Both the position numbers and the translations under genes were made by a program. A DNA stretch of 24,389 bases from Candidatus Nanopusillus sp. Its GTDB lineage: Archaea > Nanobdellota > Nanobdellia > Nanobdellales > Nanobdellaceae. Below are positions 15,904 through 23,730 of the stretch, piece after piece. Each line of letters begins with the position of its first letter. The stretch's first letter is position 1. The notes under the pieces were generated by a model. It made no database searches. It was not told where the DNA came from and saw only the letters and a list, made by a program, of their open reading frames with translations. Location: the NCBI GenBank assembly GCA_046536775.1, contig JAWDMD010000005.1, positions 1 to 24,389 of the forward strand, read 5' to 3'.

Positions 15904-16311
15904 TTAAGTTGAGGCATTATATTCTATGTCATATAAAGTATTATTAAAAAGATACAATAATTGAATTAATGTATTATTCTCAATAATTATATTTCTTACA
16001 TAACATAATACCGATTGATTCGAATATATTATTTCATTTTCACATGTTAAATTATACATATTTCCAGTTATATTTAACATAAAATTAGAAGTATTTATAT
16101 ATGGTAATTGATAATCAGTTATATTTAGATATAAAGTATTATTTATATAATTTACATTATATTGATATGGATTTGGATAAAATGTTATATTTATTGGCAT
16201 ATTTTTTGAAATACCTAGATTTTTACTAAACAATTTATAAAAAGTTATATAAAATATTATAAAAAATATTGCTGTAAGTACAATAAATGTTATTATATCT
16301 TCTTTTTTCAT
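15904..16311 (-). CDS. Small N-terminally anchored, sequon-rich hypothetical surface protein
   Basis: 135 aa with one N-terminal TM helix (IITFIVLTAIFFIIFYITFY). About ten N-x-S/T sequons follow (NIT, NNT, NIT, NTS, NIT, NLT, NQS, NNT, NNT, NAS). No family was recognised. Confidence 0.45.
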   Translation of the reverse strand: MKKEDIITFIVLTAIFFIIFYITFYKLFSKNLGISKNMPINITFYPNPYQYNVNYINNTLYLNITDYQLPYINTSNFMLNITGNMYNLTCENEIIYSNQSVLCYVRNIIIENNTLIQLLYLFNNTLYDIEYNAST

Positions 16312-16347
16312 TTAAAATTTTTTAAGAATAAAACTTAAAAAATATTA

Positions 16348-16554
16348 ATGAAAAAAATAAGGGTATTTATTGAAAGATATTATACTGAAAATAATATTGA
16401 GTTTAATGGAAATAATGTAAGAGATTTACTAAATATGCTAAACCTAGATTCTTCAAGATTTATTATTGTAAAAAATGGGGAAATTGTAACAGAAGATGAT
16501 ACAATAGATGATGGAGATTATATAAAAATATTGGATTCTGTTTCTGGAGGATAA
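16348..16554 (+). CDS. ThiS/MoaD/SAMP-like beta-grasp protein with C-terminal Gly-Gly
   Basis: The 68-aa protein ends ...IVKNGEIVTEDDTIDDGDYIKILDSVSGG*. This is the classic V-N-G-x-(I/V)...L-x-D-G-D-x-(I/V)-x-(I/L)-x-x-V-S-GG terminus of sulfur-carrier and ubiquitin-like proteins. Confidence 0.7.
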   Translation: MKKIRVFIERYYTENNIEFNGNNVRDLLNMLNLDSSRFIIVKNGEIVTEDDTIDDGDYIKILDSVSGG

Positions 16555-16585
16555 ACTTATAATATCTAAAATATTTCTCTATTTT

Positions 16586-17503
16586 ATGTATGACCCATTT
16601 TATTTAGATTATTATTCGATAATTAAAAAATATGAAAATCTTGAAGAATTAGATTATAAAAAAATATTAATATCTGGAATGGGGGGATCTGGAATTTCTG
16701 GGGATTATACAAAACAAATATTGAATGATAAAGAAATAGTTGTTTGTAAAGATTACTTTTTACCAAAATTTATTGATAAAGATTGGTTAACTATATTTAT
16801 CTCATATTCTGGAGATACTGAAGAAACATTAAATTGCATGGATGAAGCAATAAATAATGAAAATAAAATTGTAGCGATTTCTTCTGGAGGAGAAATGGAA
16901 AAAATAGCTAAAGAAAAAAATTTATATTATATAAAAATTGATAATAACTATCCAACAACAAGATATACATTTCCAGTGATTTTAGGAATAATTTTGTCAA
17001 TGTTAGATAAGAAAAAGTATTATGAACTATTAGAAATGTTAGAAAATTATAGGAAAAGGTTAAAAGATTTGTCAATATTTGTGAATGACATAAAAAACCC
17101 AATAATGATTTATACCGATGTAAAACATGAACCTGTTGCTCTAGCATTAAAGATGCATTTAAATGAAGATACAAAATGGTTCTCTGAATATGGAATAATT
17201 TCAGAATATAATCATCATGATTTAGAAGGTATATCAAAATTAGATATAGATTTTATTTTATTGAAATTTAATTATTATGAAAGAATTGAATATAGGATAA
17301 ATTATATGAAAGATTTACTGGAAATGTATGGAAACAATGTTCTTTTATTTGATTTAAAATATAGAAATTTAATGGAAGAATTAGTTTTGGGTACATTATC
17401 ATTAAGAACTTTTACATTGAAATTAGCAGAAAAGAACAATGTAGATCCTTACCATAGTAAAAATATTGCTGGATTAAAGGCATTTTTAAAGAATATTAAA
17501 TAG
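16586..17503 (+). CDS. Bifunctional phosphoglucose/phosphomannose isomerase (archaeal SIS-domain PGI/PMI)
   Basis: 305 aa. ILISGMGGSGISGDY is the SIS P-loop-like motif, followed by FISYSGDTEETL. The later EYNHHDLEG region matches the conserved H-x-E catalytic segment of the PGI/PMI family. Confidence 0.8.
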   Translation: MYDPFYLDYYSIIKKYENLEELDYKKILISGMGGSGISGDYTKQILNDKEIVVCKDYFLPKFIDKDWLTIFISYSGDTEETLNCMDEAINNENKIVAISSGGEMEKIAKEKNLYYIKIDNNYPTTRYTFPVILGIILSMLDKKKYYELLEMLENYRKRLKDLSIFVNDIKNPIMIYTDVKHEPVALALKMHLNEDTKWFSEYGIISEYNHHDLEGISKLDIDFILLKFNYYERIEYRINYMKDLLEMYGNNVLLFDLKYRNLMEELVLGTLSLRTFTLKLAEKNNVDPYHSKNIAGLKAFLKNIK

Positions 17504-17564
17504 GATTTTATTTCTGATTTTGTTTGATGATAATTTTTTTAACTTATAAATCAATATTTAGTTT

Positions 17565-18128
17565 ATGGAATGGTATAATAAAGATGAAATGAAAAAGTTC
17601 ATAAATAGAAAGAGCTCTGTTCTTGTAGTATGGGATGTACAAGAAGCTCTAGTTAGCTCTATATTTAATAAAGATGAATTTCTTGCCAAACTTAAAGAAT
17701 TAATTGACTCTGCCAGGCAATACAATATCCCAATAGTTTATACTAAGATAACACCCCTACCCGATAGGTTTCAGCCTCCATACTTAAAGAGGAAGTTTGA
17801 TCTAGGTGACATAGTTAAAGAAGTATATCCTAAAGAGAATGATATAATACTGAATAAGAACACTGCTTCTATATTTGTAGGAACCAATTTCGAGCTCATG
17901 TTAAGAAATGCTGGGATAAATGTCATTGTTTTCACAGGAATCGCTACAGATATTGGTGTAGAAACATCGGCTAGACATGCCCAGGCTTTAGGATTCTTAC
18001 CAGTAATAGCTAGAAAAGCCGTATCTTCATCAGACAAACAAGCTCATGAAAGATCTTTAGCCAATATGAGTAAATTAATGCTAGTTCTAGACAATAAAGA
18101 AATAATAGAAAGATGGAGTTCTGAATAA
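17565..18128 (+). CDS. Isochorismatase-family hydrolase, Cys-less (Asp-Lys-Gly) subtype
   Basis: VLVVWDVQ carries the catalytic Asp and [45 protein letters not shown] carries the Lys. The usual T-x-x-C-V nucleophile position reads TDIGV. G+C is much higher than in the flanking genome (27/60 in the line starting at 17941). Confidence 0.85.
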   Translation: MEWYNKDEMKKFINRKSSVLVVWDVQEALVSSIFNKDEFLAKLKELIDSARQYNIPIVYTKITPLPDRFQPPYLKRKFDLGDIVKEVYPKENDIILNKNTASIFVGTNFELMLRNAGINVIVFTGIATDIGVETSARHAQALGFLPVIARKAVSSSDKQAHERSLANMSKLMLVLDNKEIIERWSSE

Positions 18129-18282
18129 TTAAATTTTTAAATCATTTCAAACTTTACTAAGGATAATATGCAGTATTTAATTAGCGAACTATTTATAAAC
18201 ACTATTCTCATATAGGTAAAAATAGAAAAGATAATTTGACAATTATAAAAAACTTAAATATAATAAAAATGTTAATAAAAAC

Positions 18283-18870
18283 ATGAAAATAGAAATAGAT
18301 GGTAAGTTAATAAACATAATAGAAGGATCAAATGAAAGAGTTAGGGATTATATAGATTTTATGAATAGACTCGCCCAAGATCCTGACAATTATACATTAA
18401 GTAGATATAGTAAAATCGATGAACAAAGGATGATTGAATGGTCTAAATCTTGGGGAAAAAATACTATTATGATATTAGCATACAATGATTCCAGAGTAGT
18501 GGGCTCTTTTCAAGCATCACTCGGTAAATATTATGGTCTTGAGAGACAATTTCATGTTGCAGACATAGCCTATGCAGTAGACAAAGAATTTAGAGGTAAG
18601 GGATTAATATATTTTCTCTTTAATGAAGCAATAAAGAGACTTGAAGGTGTGAAAATACTTACTGCCTGGGTAGATGAAAGGAACTTAAGGTCTAGTAAAC
18701 TTCTAATAAAGCTGGGATTTGAAGAAGCTTGTAAAATTAATGATTTCATTTATTCTCAGACAGAGAAAATCTTCTGTAATTTAATAATGTATGTAGGAAA
18801 TATAGGGATAGTCAAGGCTAAATTAAAAGAAGAACTGGCAAAGAAAAATTATAGCCTATATGAAGAATAA
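18283..18870 (+). CDS. GNAT family N-acetyltransferase
   Basis: VADIAYAVDKEFRGKGLIYFLFNEAIKRLE contains motif A (beta4-R-G-x-G-alpha3). ERNLRSSKLLIKLGFEE is motif B. The protein is 195 aa. A TATA-like TTAAATATAA at 18254-18263 lies about 25 nt before the ATG. Confidence 0.8.
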   Translation: MKIEIDGKLINIIEGSNERVRDYIDFMNRLAQDPDNYTLSRYSKIDEQRMIEWSKSWGKNTIMILAYNDSRVVGSFQASLGKYYGLERQFHVADIAYAVDKEFRGKGLIYFLFNEAIKRLEGVKILTAWVDERNLRSSKLLIKLGFEEACKINDFIYSQTEKIFCNLIMYVGNIGIVKAKLKEELAKKNYSLYEE

Positions 18871-19045
18871 TCTATAATAGATTAAATTAGAATTAAAATA
18901 TTTTAAGAAATTTTTACCTTTGTTAATAAAAGTTTTTCAAAAAAGTATTGCTCTCATCCTTTTTAACTCAAAATTTCCAAGCATAAAATAGTCTCTTATA
19001 TGTTTTAAAATTTAAGGAATAGTGAAATTAAAAATCTAATTTTTC

Positions 19046-19930
19046 TTAAGAGCTAATATATTTCCATGATAGGATTATACCAATTCCAGATAGAGCTATA
19101 GCAAACACAGAGAGATATATAAAATCTATTGCTAGGTTTGTTTGTATACCAAGTAGCATTCCCCTTATTACTGCATTTGAATAAGTTAATGGATTTATCT
19201 CAGCAATTGGTTTTAACCAGGAAGGCATTGAATTTATGGGATAAAATGCATTACTGGTAAATAGTAATGGCAGATTAAGTAAGTTCATAACCGCCATTTG
19301 AGATTCCCATGAGCTTGCCCTAATGGCTATTACCAAGAATAGAGAAGAAAGTCCAAAGGACATTAGGAATAAAGCGGCATAAGCTCCAAGAAAGTCAAAG
19401 ATATTTATCCCTGGATAAAAAGACATCCCTAACAATACTGCTACAACTAATACAATAGTAGCTTGTACTAATGATCTAATCATTGAAGACAACACTTTGC
19501 TTATGATTATGTTACCCCTTGATATTGGAGTCGTTAAAAGTCTATCCAATACTCCCAACCTTCTATCCCATACTATTGACATACCACTTTGCATTGAAGT
19601 AAATAATACTATAAATGATAACATTCCTGCAGCTAGGTAAGAAAAGTAATCTGTTGTACCAAAGGTTTGTTTCAATATTTCCTGTCCGATCTGGTCAATT
19701 ATACTTTTAGGTATATTCAACCCAGGTATTGAAAGAGCTGTACCAGAGAAAAGACTCTGTAAACTCATAGCCTTCCCAAATAGTGCTATCCAGAAGATTG
19801 GTTGTATAATAGATAAAAGAAGAATTACTGGAGCCTTATACCACTTCTTTAATTCTCTGTTTGTTAAAGTCCATAAACCATGAAAAGGAGACCTATCTAC
19901 TTCCTCTCTCTTTTGTATTTCTTCAACCAT
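19046..19930 (-). CDS. ABC-2 type transporter permease (DrrB-like)
   Basis: 294 aa with about six TM helices. It sits 2 nt downstream of the ATPase gene. The N-terminal WTLTNRELKKWYKAP and late INPLTY motifs are typical of ABC-2 permeases. Confidence 0.85.
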   Translation of the reverse strand: MVEEIQKREEVDRSPFHGLWTLTNRELKKWYKAPVILLLSIIQPIFWIALFGKAMSLQSLFSGTALSIPGLNIPKSIIDQIGQEILKQTFGTTDYFSYLAAGMLSFIVLFTSMQSGMSIVWDRRLGVLDRLLTTPISRGNIIISKVLSSMIRSLVQATIVLVVAVLLGMSFYPGINIFDFLGAYAALFLMSFGLSSLFLVIAIRASSWESQMAVMNLLNLPLLFTSNAFYPINSMPSWLKPIAEINPLTYSNAVIRGMLLGIQTNLAIDFIYLSVFAIALSGIGIILSWKYISS

Positions 19931-19932
19931 GT

Positions 19933-20928
19933 TTATCCCCTAGCTCTTCTTAGAGTTCTTCTCATTGCAAATGCCTCCCTTGAATCACTCTCCTCATCTC
20001 TCATTTTTCTACCCGTGTACTCCATATAGACCTCATCCATTGTAGGCTCTGTTATTGACATTCTAGATACTTTAACTCCATTCTTTATTAATCTTTCAAG
20101 AATTTGCGGGGCCATCTCTTCTCCGTTCTTCACTTTTATCCTTAGCATATTATCGACTTTCTTTATATCTAATATACCATCAAGATTTTGTAATAATTTC
20201 ATAGCTTCCTCATCACTCGTAGTACTTAGAGTAACTACATCACCACCTATACTTTCCTTTAGCTCTTTAGGTGATCCTATAGCAAGTATCTTACCATGGT
20301 CAATAATAGCTATTCTATCAGCGTAAAGGTCAGCTTCCTCTAAGTAGTGGGTGGTAACAAAAATGGTCATACCATACTCCTTCTTAAGCTTCATAATGTA
20401 GTTCCAAATTGCACTTCTAGTCTGAGCATCTAGACCTATGGTAGGTTCATCTAAGAACAGAACTTTGGGTCTACTAATCAAAGACATCGCTATTTCCAAC
20501 CTTCTCCTCATTCCTCCACTATATGTTTGTACTTTTCTGTTCATTGCCTGGGTTAATTCAACCATATCGAGTAATTCCTTAGCTCTTTCTTTAGCTAAAT
20601 CCTTTCTTATACCATAAAGCCCAGCCATCAACATCACATTCTCCCAACCTGTCAAGTCTTCATCAGCAGTGAATTCTTGAGGTACTACTCCAATAGAGCT
20701 CCTTACTTTTGCTGGATCTTTAATTATATCATATCCATTAACTATAGCAGTTCCTTCTGTAGGCTTCAATACTGTAGTTAGCATTTTTATAGTAGTTGAT
20801 TTTCCTGCCCCATTAGGTCCTAGGAAACCAAATATTTCTCCTTCTTTAACTTCAAAATTTATATGGTCGACTGCTATAAACTTACCAAAAGCTTTAGTAA
20901 GGTTTATTGCCTTTATTGCCTCAACCAC
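19933..20928 (-). CDS. ABC transporter ATP-binding protein (DrrA/ABC-2 exporter subfamily)
   Basis: Walker A is GPNGAGKST, the Q-loop is VPQE, the signature is YSGGMRRRL, Walker B is VLFLDEPTIGLD and the H-loop is TTHYLEEA. A C-terminal ~100-aa DrrA-type domain is present. The start is GTG at 20928, and the next upstream in-frame codon but one is a stop. Confidence 0.95.
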   Translation of the reverse strand: MVEAIKAINLTKAFGKFIAVDHINFEVKEGEIFGFLGPNGAGKSTTIKMLTTVLKPTEGTAIVNGYDIIKDPAKVRSSIGVVPQEFTADEDLTGWENVMLMAGLYGIRKDLAKERAKELLDMVELTQAMNRKVQTYSGGMRRRLEIAMSLISRPKVLFLDEPTIGLDAQTRSAIWNYIMKLKKEYGMTIFVTTHYLEEADLYADRIAIIDHGKILAIGSPKELKESIGGDVVTLSTTSDEEAMKLLQNLDGILDIKKVDNMLRIKVKNGEEMAPQILERLIKNGVKVSRMSITEPTMDEVYMEYTGRKMRDEESDSREAFAMRRTLRRARG

Positions 20929-21238
20929 TTTTTATTATATCTCGGATTTTCCTTAATGCCTTTTCTTTCTCACTTTCAAGATATAAGATTATATTACTCT
21001 CTAGAGATGTAGAAAAAGAAAATATGGTGTATTTATCAAAGATCTTGATTGCATTTACGTATTTAAGTATATATAATGTTGGTTTTACTTTGAATAATAC
21101 ATAGTTTTGAATGTTTCCCTTGAAGAAATTGATTATACTCATATTATTAGATACTCTCTTGTAATAATTAACCACTTGATCATAATAGTAATTAAGAGCA
21201 TGAACTGAGTCTGATCCTTTTTCCATTCTATACTGCAT
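20921..21238 (-). CDS. Hypothetical small protein, translationally coupled to the ABC ATPase
   Basis: 105 aa, starting at ATG 21238. Its TGA overlaps the ATPase GTG start by 8 nt. G+C is intermediate (18-20 of 60 in sampled lines). No motif was recognised; a divergent wHTH regulator is possible but unsupported. Confidence 0.4.
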   Translation of the reverse strand: MQYRMEKGSDSVHALNYYYDQVVNYYKRVSNNMSIINFFKGNIQNYVLFKVKPTLYILKYVNAIKIFDKYTIFSFSTSLESNIILYLESEKEKALRKIRDIIKSG

Positions 21239-21600
21239 AGCTATATTTATCTTTTGATAACTATAAAAAGATTTCTATAAAAGAGTGATTTACCCATTTA
21301 ATTTAGTTATTATCCTAAAGAATGCAATATATTATTAAACAAAATCGATACTTTTCCTATTTGGTAGCACATTATATATATGAACAAAAAGATAAAAATA
21401 ATTATATGAAAGAATATTAGAGAATATTAATAAAGTAATGGGCGAAGTATTAAAATCATTATTGTAAATAAAAGATTTAATTAAGAGGATATTTGAAATA
21501 CTAAATGCATATGATAATCTATCATTCAAAGATTTTAATGTTTCAATGAGAATAGATGCTCTATTAAAGTTTAAAAATCCTTTTTATATAGATTTCCATA

Positions 21601-22431
21601 ATGACTACTGAGTCAGAAGAAATACGCGAATTATTAAATTTTGAGTTAAGAATAGGAAAAATTAATGAAAAAGAGTTTAAACTTTTAGAAGAAATTATAA
21701 CTCGATATTATAAAGATTGTAAAAACAGAATAGAAAGTACATATCTTTTTGTCGGAGGATTGATTGATTTGATAACACTTGGATATAATAAAGAAGATAT
21801 ATCTACAATATTAAATGAAATTTTAAATTTAGGAACAAATGAAATCGATAAATTACTATTTAAAGTTTACATCCATATTTATGATAAATATGATGAAGAA
21901 TTTAAAAAATACTTTGAGAAAAAATTAGAATATATAAAAAAGATAGTTGAATCTTCCCCAAATATTGATGATATACTAGATAAATTAGATAAAATAAAAG
22001 TTTTTTCCAATAATAATGATAAAGAGTATACAGAAATAAGAAATTCGATAGAAGATATTAAAAAGTACAAACCATCATTGAACTATGTATATAATATAAT
22101 ACAAAATTGGCGGGATAGAAACTATATAGAAAAAATTAAAGATGCTGAAAGACAAATTTCTTGTACAGTAAAAAATTTAGAATATATAAAAAATAATCTA
22201 GAAAATATTGAGAAAGATCCAAAATATGCTAAGAACTTAAAGGATATATTGAATATAAAAAGAGAATTAGATAATTACTATGATGGATTATTAAAAATTT
22301 CAGAATTATTAAATACATATGAACAATCTTATATAAAATTCAAAGAAGAATATTTGTCAAAATTACTGCTTGAAGGTTTAGATTATATAAAAAAGTATAC
22401 AAATATTAATTCAAATAAAGAAAACATATAA
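21601..22431 (+). CDS. Hypothetical all-helical protein (276 aa)
   Basis: A long uninterrupted ORF with an in-frame TAG 12 nt upstream of the ATG. It is K/E/N/I-rich, predicted helical or coiled coil, and has no recognisable catalytic motif. It lies 56 nt upstream of the HExxH gene on the same strand. Confidence 0.5.
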   Translation: MTTESEEIRELLNFELRIGKINEKEFKLLEEIITRYYKDCKNRIESTYLFVGGLIDLITLGYNKEDISTILNEILNLGTNEIDKLLFKVYIHIYDKYDEEFKKYFEKKLEYIKKIVESSPNIDDILDKLDKIKVFSNNNDKEYTEIRNSIEDIKKYKPSLNYVYNIIQNWRDRNYIEKIKDAERQISCTVKNLEYIKNNLENIEKDPKYAKNLKDILNIKRELDNYYDGLLKISELLNTYEQSYIKFKEEYLSKLLLEGLDYIKKYTNINSNKENI

Positions 22432-22487
22432 GTTTTACGTAAAAAACATTTATTTTTTTAAAGCTTTACTACTAATAAATAGTAAAT

Positions 22488-23468
22488 ATGAATAAGTTAT
22501 ACGAAGAATATAAATGGTCAGAATTAGTAAAAAATGAAGTAGAAAGACAGGGATATAATATAAAGGAGGGTTCTTATTTAGATAAGCTCTTAAAAATTGC
22601 CAATAATGATGAAAAAAGAAATCCAAGAGTATATGTAATTGATCGTTCTTTGCTTAGAGAAATTATAAAATGTGTTTTAACTGGAGAGTATAAAATACAA
22701 GATCAACAAGCTCAATTAAAATACTGCACTAATAAATATGTTTCTGAATTACCTATAGATGTTAAAAACACTATAAATGGAAGGGTTATTTCTAGAGAAG
22801 ATATACCACAAAAGGATTTTTTAGACGACATATTAAAAAAAGGAGCAAATTTGGATGAAATTATAGATCTATATACACTAAACATAGCTACAGGGCAGGG
22901 ATCCGTTCCAAATATATCAAATATTCCAACAATAATATTAATAAATGATGATTTATCTTCTCAATATGGAGTTCTAGCTCCAACAGCTATACATGAATTT
23001 ATACATTTAGCAAATTTAGACAGTCCTAGGTTTCCTGGCTATAAAGATTTATGGTATATGAAATCTAATTATATTATCACTATTCCTAGTAGACTAGATG
23101 AGAAAAATATAAACTTATATAAGATAATCAATGAACATATAAAACCTTATAGTCCTTTTTATAGAGAATATGAAAATATAGAAATCAAAATTGATGAATT
23201 TATAACAGAATTAACAACGATACGTATATTAGAAAATGCAAATATGAAAGATCTATATCTAAACAGAAAAAAATTTATAGAAGAAATGTTTAATCAAATT
23301 ATAGGAAAGAAAAAAGAAGTAGGGATTAGTAAAATTCCTAGAGAAGACTATTTAATTTCTTATTTAAAAGCATATGAACTATTAGAAAAGAGGGAGATAT
23401 CAAAAAATATTATTGAAACTATAGATGAAGTATTAGAATCATATATTGAAGATAAATTGAAAAGTTAA
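22488..23468 (+). CDS. Hypothetical protein with HExxH zinc-metallopeptidase motif (context resembles ImmA/IrrE, M78-like)
   Basis: TIILINDDLSSQYGVLAPTAIHEFIHLANLD places an HEFIH motif after a hydrophobic strand and an 'I-x-I-N-x-x-L' segment, as in COG2856 proteases (h-I-N-x-x-L...R-F-T-h-A-HE-h-G-H). The third metal ligand was not identified. 326 aa. Confidence 0.5.
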   Translation: MNKLYEEYKWSELVKNEVERQGYNIKEGSYLDKLLKIANNDEKRNPRVYVIDRSLLREIIKCVLTGEYKIQDQQAQLKYCTNKYVSELPIDVKNTINGRVISREDIPQKDFLDDILKKGANLDEIIDLYTLNIATGQGSVPNISNIPTIILINDDLSSQYGVLAPTAIHEFIHLANLDSPRFPGYKDLWYMKSNYIITIPSRLDEKNINLYKIINEHIKPYSPFYREYENIEIKIDEFITELTTIRILENANMKDLYLNRKKFIEEMFNQIIGKKKEVGISKIPREDYLISYLKAYELLEKREISKNIIETIDEVLESYIEDKLKS

Positions 23469-23730
23469 GAAATTTTTATAAAATTTTTAATTAAATTATG
23501 ACAATTAAAAATTAAGGAAGCAAAGAGAATTATTTTATATTCATTCGATGATAAATATAAAAAGATTCTTTCTTTTTATGTATAAAACTATATAAATATT
23601 TGAAAGTAATTTTAAATATAACTATTATAGCTTTAGATTTTAATATAAATTTTATTACTGATTTATATCTTTTAGTTAATTTGAATGAAATCTTTCATTA
23701 AAAAATATAATAAAATAATTATATAGTTAG

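Noticed and set aside
21335-21529. 64-aa minus-strand ORF in the long 21239-21600 spacer.
   Set aside because: The translation is hydrophobic and low-complexity (I/L/F/N/S/Y), as expected by chance in an AT-rich spacer. There is no promoter-distance TATA or coupling to neighbours. A small membrane peptide cannot be excluded, but I cannot support it. The spacer more likely holds the divergent promoters.
16908-22070. Track ORFs 16908-17237(-), 17771-18037(-), 20907-21104(+) and 21879-22070(-).
   Set aside because: They are antisense shadows of PGI/PMI, the isochorismatase-family gene, the 105-aa coupled ORF and ABC ATPase start, and the 276-aa gene. None has recognisable features.
23482-23513. 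Perfect 11-bp inverted repeat AATTTTTAATT / AATTAAAAATT with a 10-nt loop, just after the stop of the HExxH gene. A smaller hairpin lies at about 23683-23698, near the end of the convergent gene.
   Set aside because: The stems are made only of A-T pairs, so stability is negligible, especially for a likely thermophile. Such palindromes are expected by chance at this composition, and archaeal termination relies mainly on oligo-T tracts. They are not reported as terminators.
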